64,000 bases of DNA from Dehalococcoidia bacterium (GTDB taxonomy: Bacteria > Chloroflexota > Dehalococcoidia > Lucifugimonadales > JAGWBF01). The translations under genes were made by a program, and so were the position numbers. The first letter of the stretch is position 1. The number at the start of each line of letters is the position of its first letter. The stretch covers positions 17,283 through 81,282 of the forward strand of contig DAOUKR010000015.1 in the NCBI GenBank assembly GCA_034421095.1, written 5' to 3'. The notes beneath the pieces were generated by a model. The model saw nothing but the letters and a program-made list of their open reading frames with translations. It was not told the origin of the DNA and did no database searches. Below, piece by piece: positions 27,447 to 36,465 of the stretch.

Positions 27447-29480
27447 ATGGCTGAAGCCCATATCGAAGCAAAACAGGACATTCTGGAGGCGCTGGAAAGG
27501 ACTATCCACCGCAGCCAGGAGTACCTGCTTTCCATCCAGTATTCCGACGGCTACTGGTGGGGCGAGTTGGAATCCAATCCCACCATGGAGGCGGAATATC
27601 TGCTCCTTACCCATTTTCTGGGTGTGGTAGACCGGGACCGATGGCGCATGGTGGCCAACTACATACTGAGCAAGCAACAGGACGATGGTTCCTGGGGCCA
27701 GTATTACGGCGCGCCCGGAGATATAAGCACCTCGATTGAGTGCTACTTCGCACTCAAGCTGGCGGGAGTGTCGCCCGATAGTCCGGAGATGCGCAAGGCC
27801 CGGGAGTTCATCCTGTCCAAAGGAGGCGTGCCCAAGGCGCGAATCTTCACCAAGATATGGCTGTCCTTGTTCGACCAGTGGGACTGGAATGGCACTCCGA
27901 TGATGCCCCCGGAGCTTATCTATCTTCCCAGTTGGGTCCCCTTCAACATCTACGAGTTCTCCAGCTGGGCCAGGGCGACCATCGTCCCCATTACCATCAT
28001 CCTCAACGAGAGGCCTCTGTGTCCCGTGCCCCAGTGGGCACAAATTGACGACCTCTACCCGGAGCCTCGGGACCGTATTGACTACTCTCTTCCGAGACCA
28101 AAGGGGCTTTTCACCTGGAGAGGGGGCCTCCATATCGCCGACAAATTCCTTCGCCTCTACCACAAGGTGTCGGTCAATCCGGTACGGAAGAGGGCCATCA
28201 GGGAGGCCATGAAGTGGGTGATTTCCCACCAGGAAGCCGATGGTTCCTGGGGAGGCATACAGCCTCCGTGGGTTTACTCCCTCATCGCCCTGAAGCACAT
28301 GGGCTATACGATGGACGACCCCGTAATGAAGAAGGGGTTCGAGGGGTTCGAGGGATTCGCCATCCAGGAGGGCGACACCTGGCGACTCCAGGCGTGCGTC
28401 TCTCCTGTGTGGGACACCTGCCTGGTAATGATTGGCCTTTTGGACTCGGGTATGGACCCCCGCCATCCCGCCATTCAGGAAGCTACCCGATGGATGCTGA
28501 AGGAGCAGATACTTGCGGGCGGAGACTGGCAGGTTAAGGTCAGAGATGCCGAGCCGGGAGGATGGGCCTTCGAGTTCGAGAACGACATATACCCGGACGT
28601 GGACGATACCGCCGAGGTCATCATGGCCCTTGACATGGCCCGGCTGGACGGAACGGACGAGCAATGGAGGTCCCAGGCTATCGAACGGGGCGTGAGATGG
28701 ACGCTGGCCATGCAGTGTAAAAACGGGGGGTGGGCCGCCTTCGATAAGGACAACGACAGAAGCTATGCCGCCAAGATTCCCTTCTCCGACTTTGGCGAGA
28801 CTCTGGACCCGCCCAGCGTGGACGTTGCCGCTCATGTTGTGGAGATGCTGGGAAAGCTGGGGTACAGGGGAGACTTCCCGCCCATAGAGCGTGCCTGCAA
28901 ATACATCAGGGACGAGCAAGAGCCCGACGGCCCCTGGTTTGGAAGGTGGGGGGTCAACTATATCTACGGGACTGGAGCCGTCCTGCCAGCCCTGGAAGCC
29001 ATCGGAGAGGATATGAGCCAGCCCTACATACGCAAGGCTGTTGATTGGGTGATTGCCCACCAGAACCCGGACGGAGGCTGGGGGGAAAGCTGCGGCTCTT
29101 ACGTGGACGCGTCTCTTCAGGGTGTGGGTCCCAGCACCGCATCCCAGACGGCATGGGCAATCATGTCTCTGATTGCCGCCGGAGAGGTAAACAACCCGGC
29201 CACCGAGAGGGGAATACGATACCTGGCTGATACTCAGCAGGAGGATGGTTCCTGGGACGAGCCTTACTTCACCGGTACGGGCTTCCCGGGATACGGCGTG
29301 GGTCAGAGGTTCCGAAAGCTCCCCGAACCCGGAGATCCCGAATACCAGGGATTGGAGATGCCAGCCGGGTTTATGATTAATTATCACATGTACCGCAACT
29401 CATGGCCGCTTATAGCCCTGGGAAGGTATCGAAGGCTCATCAGGAATGGGGAACCGTCGGAAGAGGCGCGACCTGGCTAG
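27447..29480 (+). CDS. shc: Squalene-hopene cyclase
   Basis: Catalytic 'DVDDTAEV'. Multiple QW motifs ('QQDDGSWG', 'QEADGSWGG', 'QNPDGGWGE', 'QQEDGSWDE'). Confidence 0.95.
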   Translation: MAEAHIEAKQDILEALERTIHRSQEYLLSIQYSDGYWWGELESNPTMEAEYLLLTHFLGVVDRDRWRMVANYILSKQQDDGSWGQYYGAPGDISTSIECYFALKLAGVSPDSPEMRKAREFILSKGGVPKARIFTKIWLSLFDQWDWNGTPMMPPELIYLPSWVPFNIYEFSSWARATIVPITIILNERPLCPVPQWAQIDDLYPEPRDRIDYSLPRPKGLFTWRGGLHIADKFLRLYHKVSVNPVRKRAIREAMKWVISHQEADGSWGGIQPPWVYSLIALKHMGYTMDDPVMKKGFEGFEGFAIQEGDTWRLQACVSPVWDTCLVMIGLLDSGMDPRHPAIQEATRWMLKEQILAGGDWQVKVRDAEPGGWAFEFENDIYPDVDDTAEVIMALDMARLDGTDEQWRSQAIERGVRWTLAMQCKNGGWAAFDKDNDRSYAAKIPFSDFGETLDPPSVDVAAHVVEMLGKLGYRGDFPPIERACKYIRDEQEPDGPWFGRWGVNYIYGTGAVLPALEAIGEDMSQPYIRKAVDWVIAHQNPDGGWGESCGSYVDASLQGVGPSTASQTAWAIMSLIAAGEVNNPATERGIRYLADTQQEDGSWDEPYFTGTGFPGYGVGQRFRKLPEPGDPEYQGLEMPAGFMINYHMYRNSWPLIALGRYRRLIRNGEPSEEARPG

Positions 29481-29511
29481 GAACAGTAAATCTAAGGATG
29501 AGAGGGGTACT

Positions 29512-29955
29512 ATGAAAACCCAGTTGCACTGTCTAAAGATAGAAACCACGAGGGCCCCTGAATTCATAGACATCACTCAACAGGTGCGGGAGTGTGTGTC
29601 GGAGTCCCGGGTGCTCAACGGCCTTGTGGTAGTCTTTTCCAGACATACCACCGCGGCCATCAAGATAAACGAGCACGAACCCCTCCTTCTGCAAGACATG
29701 GAGCAGTTCCTGGAACGCATGTCTCCTCGCGACGGGGAGTATCGGCACAACGACTTTACCGTGCGCACAGTCAACATGACCGAGGACGAGTGCCCCAACG
29801 GCCACTCCCATTGCCAGCACTTGTTGTTGGGGACCAGCGAGTCCATACCGCTAGTTGACGGGATTATGCAGTTTGGGCGCTGGCAGAGCATCTTCCTGAT
29901 AGAGCTTGACCACCCGCGTCCCAGAGAGGTGGTAATCCAGATATTGGGGGAGTGA
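29512..29955 (+). CDS. YjbQ/UPF0047 family (secondary thiamine-phosphate synthase-like)
   Basis: 'FIDITQQVRE...GLVVVFSRHTTAAIKINEHE' and 'NGHSHCQHLLLGTSESIPL...GRWQSIFLIELD'. Confidence 0.85.
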   Translation: MKTQLHCLKIETTRAPEFIDITQQVRECVSESRVLNGLVVVFSRHTTAAIKINEHEPLLLQDMEQFLERMSPRDGEYRHNDFTVRTVNMTEDECPNGHSHCQHLLLGTSESIPLVDGIMQFGRWQSIFLIELDHPRPREVVIQILGE

Positions 29956-29965
29956 ACAGGGGTGA

Positions 29966-30853
29966 GTGATGGTCAACACCGTCCCACAGCTAGAGGTGGC
30001 CTACGAGCAATGCCGCCTTATCACCCGGCGGGAGGCGAAGAATTTCTACTACGCTTTCATAACCCTGCCTCGCAAAAAGCGAAGGGCTATATATGCCGCC
30101 TACGCCTTTTGCCGCCTGTGTGATGACGCTACCGATAAGGATATTCCCACCGACGAGAAGCTGAGGCTTCTTGCAGAGCTACGCTGGAGGCTGTCCACGG
30201 CCTATGAGGGCCGTCCTGATGGCCCGGTCTTCACCGCTCTTTCCCACGCCGCCAGCACCTTCGACATCCCCGAGGAGTACCTCCAGGAAGTGGTCTCGGG
30301 GGTGGAAACGGACCTTACCAAGACCCGGTATCGGGATTTCGGAGAACTGCGTACCTACTGTTACCAGGTAGCATCGGTGGTGGGTCTCATCTGCATCCAG
30401 ATATTCGGTTACTCTCACCCCAAGGCGAAGGAGTACGCCATTGACCTGGGCCTGGCAATGCAGCTGACCAACATCTTGAGAGACGTGAAGGAGGACCTGG
30501 AAAGGGACCGTATTTATTTGCCCCTGGACGACCTGAGAGATTTCGGCTACTCGGTGGAGGAACTCAAGGCCGAGGAGCTCAACCGGAACTTCCGGGAACT
30601 CATGGGGTTCGAGGCTGAAAGGGCCAGGCAATATTTCGGTAGCGGCTTCAAGCTATTGCCCTTTTTGTCTCCCCGGTCCAGGGCATGTCCGGCGGTCATA
30701 GGGCAGATTTATAGCCACATCCTGGATAGAATCGAGGCCCGTAATTTTAACGTATTCGATGGAAGGGTGAGCCTGAGCAAGCGTGAAAAGTACATGGTCA
30801 CGGCACGGACGTGGATGATGAGCCTGCTGCCCACAGTCTCGTCCCAGACCTAG
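29966..30853 (+). CDS. Squalene/phytoene synthase family (HpnD/CrtB-like)
   Basis: 'NFYYAF', 'YAFCRLCDDATD', 'NILRDVKEDLERDRIYLP'. ATG 29969 is an alternative start. Confidence 0.85.
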   Translation: MMVNTVPQLEVAYEQCRLITRREAKNFYYAFITLPRKKRRAIYAAYAFCRLCDDATDKDIPTDEKLRLLAELRWRLSTAYEGRPDGPVFTALSHAASTFDIPEEYLQEVVSGVETDLTKTRYRDFGELRTYCYQVASVVGLICIQIFGYSHPKAKEYAIDLGLAMQLTNILRDVKEDLERDRIYLPLDDLRDFGYSVEELKAEELNRNFRELMGFEAERARQYFGSGFKLLPFLSPRSRACPAVIGQIYSHILDRIEARNFNVFDGRVSLSKREKYMVTARTWMMSLLPTVSSQT

Positions 30854-30864
30854 CCCCCGGCGTG

Positions 30865-30968
30865 TCATTCCGAAGAGGGTGTTTGGAAAGCCCCTTCTCC
30901 CCTTGCGGGAGAAGGTTGGGATGAGGGGTATCACCCTCACCTCAGTCCTCTCCCATCGAGGGAGAGGA
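30865..30968. repeat. Composite intergenic element: GTCATTCC head plus three consecutive hairpins
   Basis: GTCATTCCGAAG at 30865. Hairpins CCTTCTCC/GGAGAAGG (30894-30916), TGAGGG/CCCTCA (30923-30940) and CCTCTCCC/GGGAGAGG (30948-30968). Confidence 0.55.
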
Positions 30969-31148
30969 GGTTTGGGACGCCACTTTAGAAACACACTCGA
31001 AGGGAGAGAAGTGTAGTGAGGAATCTCAAGTGATGCCCAACAAAAAAGGAAATCAAGGCAGCCCCGACCGGAACAATATCCCAGACAGCCCGGATTTCAG
31101 ACCCCGCGTTTGGTTGGGGATGGCAAACAAAAGACCCGGGGAGGTGGG

Positions 31149-32186
31149 ATGAGCGGGGTGCCCATCATGCGCGAATCGGAGCGGGCTTTAATCCTGGCCC
31201 CCTTTGCACAGGACGCCCTGGACTCCCTGGGGCATACCCTACCTGTCGCCTACGAGAGCTGGACCGATACGCGCAGGCTTTACTCGCCGCCTGAGCTTTC
31301 CCAACGTATAAAGGTGGAAGGTATCAGCATATTGGTAGTCGAAGCAGACTTCGTGTTTGACGAGGTCTTCCAGCAGTCCGGGTCGTTGAAACTCCTGGGG
31401 TCGTGCCGAAATGGCCTGGATCACATAGATGTGGAGGCAGCCACGGAGCATGGAGTGGCGGTGGTAAACACCCCCGGCAGGAATTCCCGGGGAGTGGCGG
31501 AGCTTACCATTAGCCTCATGCTCTCCCTGGCCAGAGGGATACCGCGTCTTAGCTGCTATGTAAAGGAAGGCTTGTGGCAAGACCCCACGGAACCCTATAT
31601 CTCCATGCGTGGGGTGGAGCTTCACGGGAGGACCCTGGGCATAATAGGGCTGGGCTCCATCGGGCGCAACGTTGCCAGACTCGGCAAAGCCTTCGGGATG
31701 CACGTCGTAGCTTACGACCCTTACGTTGGAACACCCGGCAGCAAGAAGGCCGGCGCTATGCTGAGCACCCTTGAGCAGGTGCTTGAATCGTCTGACTTCC
31801 TCTCTATTCACACGGCAGGCACTTCGGAGACGGAGAGGATGCTTGACAGGCGTCGTCTTGCCATGATGAAGGCAGGTTCCTACATCATAAACACTGCGGC
31901 CTATCACGTCATTGAAGAGGAAGCACTGGTGGAGTGCCTCAAGTCCGGCCATATTGCCGGCGCCGCCCTGGATGTCCACCGTACCCATCCCATACAGCCG
32001 TCCAGCCTGCTTCTGGCGCTGGACAACGTCATCCTGACACCCCATATCGGCGGTGCAACGGATGGCACTGTTGAGAAGCAGTCCTGGATTATAGTGGATG
32101 AGATACACAGGTTCTTGATGGGGCGAAGGCCGCGCCATCTGGTCAATGGCGAAGTCTGGCGAAAGGTCCGGGTGCGTCATGGGTAG
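31149..32186 (+). CDS. D-isomer-specific 2-hydroxyacid dehydrogenase (PGDH-like)
   Basis: 'LGIIGLGSIGRNVA' (GxGxxG), 'NTAAY', 'LTPHIGGAT'. Confidence 0.8.
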   Translation: MSGVPIMRESERALILAPFAQDALDSLGHTLPVAYESWTDTRRLYSPPELSQRIKVEGISILVVEADFVFDEVFQQSGSLKLLGSCRNGLDHIDVEAATEHGVAVVNTPGRNSRGVAELTISLMLSLARGIPRLSCYVKEGLWQDPTEPYISMRGVELHGRTLGIIGLGSIGRNVARLGKAFGMHVVAYDPYVGTPGSKKAGAMLSTLEQVLESSDFLSIHTAGTSETERMLDRRRLAMMKAGSYIINTAAYHVIEEEALVECLKSGHIAGAALDVHRTHPIQPSSLLLALDNVILTPHIGGATDGTVEKQSWIIVDEIHRFLMGRRPRHLVNGEVWRKVRVRHG

Positions 32187-33723
32187 CCGAGCCCTCGGTG
32201 GAAAGGAAAGGTGCATCCTTGCTCTGGACATGGGAACCAGCGCCATCCATTGCCTGTTGACCGATTCTTTTGGAAGACCCTTGACCGCAGCCAGCGCTCC
32301 CATGCGCTACTTCACATCCGAGGGCTGCTCCTACATTGCCAGAGAGTTCAGCCCGGACCTTGTGTTGGATGATATAGGTAAGCTTGTCGGAACAGTGTTG
32401 AGCAGCGGGAAGACAAAAGCTGAGGATGTCTCGGCGATTGGCATCACCAGCCAGCGACAGGGAGTCGTGTTCCTGGACGATGAAGAAAAGGAGATGTATT
32501 GCGGGCCTAACGTAGACCTGCGGGCCGTTTTCGAGGGAGCCAGGATAGACGAGAAATGGGGCAGGGAAGTCTACGCCACTACTGGGCATTTCCCCTCCAT
32601 GCTGATGGCCCCGGCTCGCCTCCAGTGGTTCCATGAAAACAGCCCTGAGATTTATGATAGTACCCACAAAATACTTACCATAGCAGGCTGGATAGCTTAC
32701 AGGCTTACGGGCGTCATAATGTCCGAACCGTCCCTTGAGGCGGAAGCGGGACTTTTGAATGTAACAACTAAGGAGCGGTGTCCTTCCCTGATGGACAAGT
32801 TGGGAGTGGACCCTTCTACACTGCCGCACCTATCAGTGGGAAGCGAACCCTTCGGTACTTTGGGCCAAGACTTGGCATCGGCTTGGGGCCTCAAGTCGGG
32901 CATTCCCGTAGTGGTGGCGGGACCGGATACCCAGTGCGGCCTCCTGGGTATGGGCCTGGTGGAAGAAGGGCAGGTGGGGGCGGTCATGGGTTGGAGCGGC
33001 GCATTGCAGGCCATAACCTCTACTCCGCGTCTCGACGAAGCTATGCGTACCTGGGTGGGCTGCTACCCCTTCGGAGTGGCTCATGGCAGGTCCCGGGACG
33101 CCGTGTGGGTGGCAGAAATCAACCTGGGTGATACGGGTAATGCCTACAGGTGGCTGAAGGACACTATCCTGGGCGAAGACGCATCATTTGAGGAAGCAGA
33201 GCACCTGGCCCGGGAAGCCGGAGGGGGCTCTGAGGGGGTGACGGCTTTCCTTGGCCCCGGCCCCGTAAGCTCATTAAAGGCGGGCCTCAAAATGGGCGGC
33301 CTGTTCTTCCCAACGCCCCTGAGCTTTCAGGAACCCACTCGTGGTCATCTGTTCCGCGCCGCCCTTGAGAACATCGCCTACAGCACAAAGGCCAATCTGT
33401 ACACCCTGGAGGAAGTGACCGGCCATGATAGCCGGGCACTGTATCTGGGCGGAGGTATGTCGAGCAGCCGTACCCTCACCACCCTGCTTGCCAACACGTT
33501 GGGGACCCCCGTCAGGCGCAGCACTACGCCTCGAATAAGCGCCAGGGGCGCGGCCCTGGCCGCCGCCGTGTCCGCCGACTCTTCCGCTAGCCTGAAGAGG
33601 ATGGCGGAAATGGCGGCCGATGATTGTGAGGAGATAGAACCCGGAAGGGCCGGTGAGATTGCCCAATACCAGGAATATTATCAGCAATGGCTGCATCTGT
33701 ATAAACGTCTGGAATGGGAGTGA
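32179..33723 (+). CDS. FGGY-family carbohydrate kinase
   Basis: 'ILALDMGTSAIHC', 'IGITSQRQGVVFLD', C-terminal 'LYLGGGMSSS'. ATG 32179 overlaps the upstream stop by 8 nt. Confidence 0.85.
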   Translation: MGSRALGGKERCILALDMGTSAIHCLLTDSFGRPLTAASAPMRYFTSEGCSYIAREFSPDLVLDDIGKLVGTVLSSGKTKAEDVSAIGITSQRQGVVFLDDEEKEMYCGPNVDLRAVFEGARIDEKWGREVYATTGHFPSMLMAPARLQWFHENSPEIYDSTHKILTIAGWIAYRLTGVIMSEPSLEAEAGLLNVTTKERCPSLMDKLGVDPSTLPHLSVGSEPFGTLGQDLASAWGLKSGIPVVVAGPDTQCGLLGMGLVEEGQVGAVMGWSGALQAITSTPRLDEAMRTWVGCYPFGVAHGRSRDAVWVAEINLGDTGNAYRWLKDTILGEDASFEEAEHLAREAGGGSEGVTAFLGPGPVSSLKAGLKMGGLFFPTPLSFQEPTRGHLFRAALENIAYSTKANLYTLEEVTGHDSRALYLGGGMSSSRTLTTLLANTLGTPVRRSTTPRISARGAALAAAVSADSSASLKRMAEMAADDCEEIEPGRAGEIAQYQEYYQQWLHLYKRLEWE

Positions 33724-33759
33724 AGGCGGTAGCCCATTTCGGACGAGGAGAAAAGTCCA

Positions 33760-34437
33760 TTGGCAGGGTGGCACTCGGAAAGACAGACTCTCTGGGAAGT
33801 AACCGGAGAGATGGCGAAGCAAGGCTTGGTGGCCGGCTCTAGCGGCAACGCCAGCCTTAGATTGCCCGCAGATGGTGATAGTGGGTATGTCCTCATAACC
33901 CCGTCGGGCCGGCCTTACAGGTGTCTGACACCGGAAGACATGGTGGCAATAGACATGGAGGGCGGACCGGTGGAGGGTGACCTTCTCCCCTCCTCGGAGA
34001 CGGCTCTGCACCTTGAATTGTACAAGGCACGTCAGGACGTTGAGGCTATAATACACACCCACTCCCTTTACGCTTCGGTCGCCGCCGTGTCCGGCCTGGA
34101 GATACCGCCAATAGTGGACGAGATGGTGATAAGGGTAGGCGGGAGCGTGCGGGTGGCCGAGTACGCCTTCCCGTCCACTGAAGAGTTGGCCCAAAATGCC
34201 GGTCATGCCCTCGGTGACAGAAACGCCGTTCTGCTACGCAACCACGGCATGGTCGGCGTGGGCAGGACTTCGTGGGAAGCGTTGGATATGTGCCAGATGG
34301 TGGAACGAGTGGCCCAGATTTTCGTGTACTCCTCCCTTCTTGGGAGAGCCTTGACCCTGCCCTCGGAGATTATCGAGATGGAGCAAGAGCTGTACCGTAT
34401 GCAGAGACTCCGCTCCGGGACGCCCCGGGAGACATAG
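33760..34437 (+). CDS. Class II aldolase/adducin family protein
   Basis: 'GSSGNASLR', 'ETALHLELY', 'AIIHTHS', 'LLRNHGMVGVG'. TTG 33760, or ATG 33811. Confidence 0.85.
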   Translation: MAGWHSERQTLWEVTGEMAKQGLVAGSSGNASLRLPADGDSGYVLITPSGRPYRCLTPEDMVAIDMEGGPVEGDLLPSSETALHLELYKARQDVEAIIHTHSLYASVAAVSGLEIPPIVDEMVIRVGGSVRVAEYAFPSTEELAQNAGHALGDRNAVLLRNHGMVGVGRTSWEALDMCQMVERVAQIFVYSSLLGRALTLPSEIIEMEQELYRMQRLRSGTPRET

Positions 34438-34460
34438 GACATTTGAAATCTCTGAAAGAT

Positions 34461-34517
34461 GTCATTCCGGTCGTACCTCCGGTAGATTTGCCGTGGCGAA
34501 CCTTGAGCCGGAATCCA
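34461..34517. repeat. 54-nt hairpin repeat, copy 1 (near-identical to 56434-56487)
   Basis: ATTCCGGTCGTACCTCCGGTAGATTTGCCGTGGCGAACCTTGAGCCGGAATCCA, with terminal ATTCCGG/CCGGAAT inverted arms. Confidence 0.8.
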
Positions 34518-34645
34518 GTCCGCCTCGGGAGGATGAAGAGTCTGGATACCGGATTTCGCCAGTATGACGGGGTTGACAGGTCGCCCTTTCCGACTCATTC
34601 AGAGATGACTTTTGTAACAACGTTAGCGATACTGATTAGGGGAGA

Positions 34646-35023
34646 GTGAACATGATAACGGTCCCTAGCTTCCTTTTGCGCAGGCTGTATCTCAAGGGGA
34701 GCTTGCGCAATACAGACCGTCAGGTACAGTTTCAAATGGTAAACAAGCTGGGCACAGGCTATGCGAGAAAGCTCTTCCCCCTAACATTGGACGGAGAGGA
34801 CGTCCCCATGGAGCATTGCTTCTTCCACGTGGATGGCGTGGAGTTCCCATTTGACGCCGTATCCGATGAAACGCCCTTCACCCTGGATTTGAACAAGACC
34901 ACCACCATAACAATCAAGGGAGTGACCCTCACCAACGAGTCTCACAGGATTGAGATGTGGTTTGAAGTGCCCGGTCTGGGAGTGCTGACATTCGATTTTA
35001 CGGATGTGCCCTCCGATGAATAG
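34646..35023 (+). CDS. Hypothetical protein (125 aa)
   Basis: Clean ORF with SD AGGGGAGAG (ATG 34652 is likely the true start). Overlaps the downstream SDR gene. No motif recognised. Confidence 0.45.
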   Translation: MNMITVPSFLLRRLYLKGSLRNTDRQVQFQMVNKLGTGYARKLFPLTLDGEDVPMEHCFFHVDGVEFPFDAVSDETPFTLDLNKTTTITIKGVTLTNESHRIEMWFEVPGLGVLTFDFTDVPSDE

Positions 35024-35984
35024 TCAGCCTCGCTCGCCCGTGGTGGCCGTTACGGGTGCATCCGGCTACATAGGCTCCCGACTCCTTCAAGAGTTGGAGG
35101 AAGATGAAGACCTGGCAAAGGTGGTGGCGATAGACACCAAGCCCCTGGAGGTGCCTTTCCACAACGTCTTCTCGGAGCGTATGGACGTTACCCAACCCCT
35201 GGATGACACGTTCCGGGGACACAACGTGGATGTCGTTGTGCATCTGGCCTTCACCATCAAACCCGGACGCACCAACAACGAAGTAGAAAAGATACGCCGG
35301 TCCAATTTGGACGGGATGCGCAGCGTCTTGAAAGCCTGCTGCGCCGCAAAGGTCAGAAATTTCATCTACCTCAGCTCACACACAATCTACGGGGCACACA
35401 AGAGCAACCCGGTCCCCGTGACCGAGGAGGCATCCCTCCGACCGTCGCCCGACTTCCAATATGCCTACGACAAGGCTCTCTGTGAGGGAACGGTACAGGA
35501 CTTCGCAGGGGAACACCCGGAGGTCAACGTTACCGTCCTTCGTTCCTGTGTGGTCATGGGGCCGGGAGCGGATAACTTCGTGACCAGGGCGTTTTTCAAG
35601 CCGGTGTTGCTGAGGGTGATGGGGTACAATCCGCCCTTGCAGTTCCTCCACGAGGACGACCTGGCAAAGCTCCTTCACATGCTCATCATGGAGCCTCATC
35701 CCGGGACTTACAACGTGGCCGGGGAAGGGGTTGTCCACTACAAGCGGGTGGCCCACCTCTCCCGGCGCAAGCTGATTCCCCTGCCCTCTGCGATGGCCTA
35801 TCCCCTGACCCAGATGGCATGGAACCTGGGCATACAGAAAGACTCTCCGGCATCGGGGCTTGACTTTATCCGCTACCCCATACTTATCAGCACAAGCAAG
35901 CTCAAGGAAGCGACCGGCTTTCGTTTCCTCTACACCTCGGAGGAAGCCCTTACGTCCTATCTCCCCGACGACAGCCCCCCATGA
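35004..35984 (+). CDS. NAD-dependent epimerase/dehydratase (extended SDR)
   Basis: 'VAVTGASGYIGS', 'YAYDK' (YxxxK). Alternative ATG 35016 gives an ATGAATAG overlap. Confidence 0.8.
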   Translation: MCPPMNSQPRSPVVAVTGASGYIGSRLLQELEEDEDLAKVVAIDTKPLEVPFHNVFSERMDVTQPLDDTFRGHNVDVVVHLAFTIKPGRTNNEVEKIRRSNLDGMRSVLKACCAAKVRNFIYLSSHTIYGAHKSNPVPVTEEASLRPSPDFQYAYDKALCEGTVQDFAGEHPEVNVTVLRSCVVMGPGADNFVTRAFFKPVLLRVMGYNPPLQFLHEDDLAKLLHMLIMEPHPGTYNVAGEGVVHYKRVAHLSRRKLIPLPSAMAYPLTQMAWNLGIQKDSPASGLDFIRYPILISTSKLKEATGFRFLYTSEEALTSYLPDDSPP

Positions 35985-36033
35985 CGCAATGGTCTGAGCA
36001 CGTGCGTAACCAGTGATGAAGCTCCATCATACT

Positions 36034-36068
36034 GTCATTCCAAGTCCGCCGCGGTCGGACGGGGAATC
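36034..36068. repeat. GTCATTCC-family repeat unit
   Basis: GTCATTCCAAGTCCGCCGCGGTCGGACGGGGAATC, with inner hairpin GTCCG/CGGAC. Confidence 0.6.
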
Positions 36069-36113
36069 TAGTGCGTTTCATTTAAGGCATCGTAGCTTCT
36101 CATGCAGGACTTT

Positions 36114-36157
36114 GGATTCCTTCCGCCTCAGGCGGACTACGCTCCGTTCTGAATGAC
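36114..36157. repeat. GTCATTCC-family repeat unit, opposite orientation
   Basis: GGATTCCTTCCGCCTCAGGCGGACTACGCTCCGTTCTGAATGAC. Together with 36034-36068 it forms a 124-bp unit bounded by inverted GTCATTC ends. Confidence 0.6.
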
Positions 36158-36358
36158 AGTGGGAGCGTTTCTTTTGGGACGACACTGAAGTTATGGAAAG
36201 ACCTACACAAGGGGAGAAGGGACTTTTTAGTTGCCTTGGTGACGAGTGGGAGGGACACTGGGGCGTCTAGTCTAAAGGAAAGTCCTTCCCGCAATTTCTG
36301 CCCAAAAAAGGTTGCACAAAACTCGTAAAAAAGTCGCACTGCTTTTTGCTGGGGTCGT

Positions 36359-36387
36359 TTGACTAGTCTCAGAAATCTCCTTAGACT
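36359..36387 (+). promoter_or_regulatory. Sigma70-like promoter candidate for copA
   Basis: TTGACT - 17 nt - TAGACT, about 80 nt upstream of the copA ATG. Confidence 0.35.
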
Positions 36388-36465
36388 GTAAGGCTGGGGA
36401 GTAAGGTTCCGCACCCTGGGGTCTGGGGTGACGGTGGAAAGGCCCTGGTATAGTACACAGGAGCT

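Noticed and set aside
27420-29387. 655-aa ORF antisense to shc. Similar long antisense ORFs occur at 11746-13038 (-), 55265-56425 (+), 13512-14210 (-), 31239-32303 (-) and 20005-20859 (-)
   Set aside because: Each lies opposite a gene with clear catalytic motifs. They show Arg/Gly/Pro/His-rich composition with no motifs, which is the expected stop-poor antisense frame of high-GC coding DNA.
36181-36260. Short ORF (about 25 aa, MERPTQGEKG...) upstream of copA as a possible CopZ or leader peptide
   Set aside because: It has no metal-binding CxxC motif and no SD, and it lies among repeat units.
36412-36430. Possible CsoR-type operator (CACCC-N9-GGGTG) upstream of copA
   Set aside because: It is only a 5-bp inverted repeat in GC-rich DNA. 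No csoR/copY/cueR gene is in the window, so it cannot be distinguished from chance.
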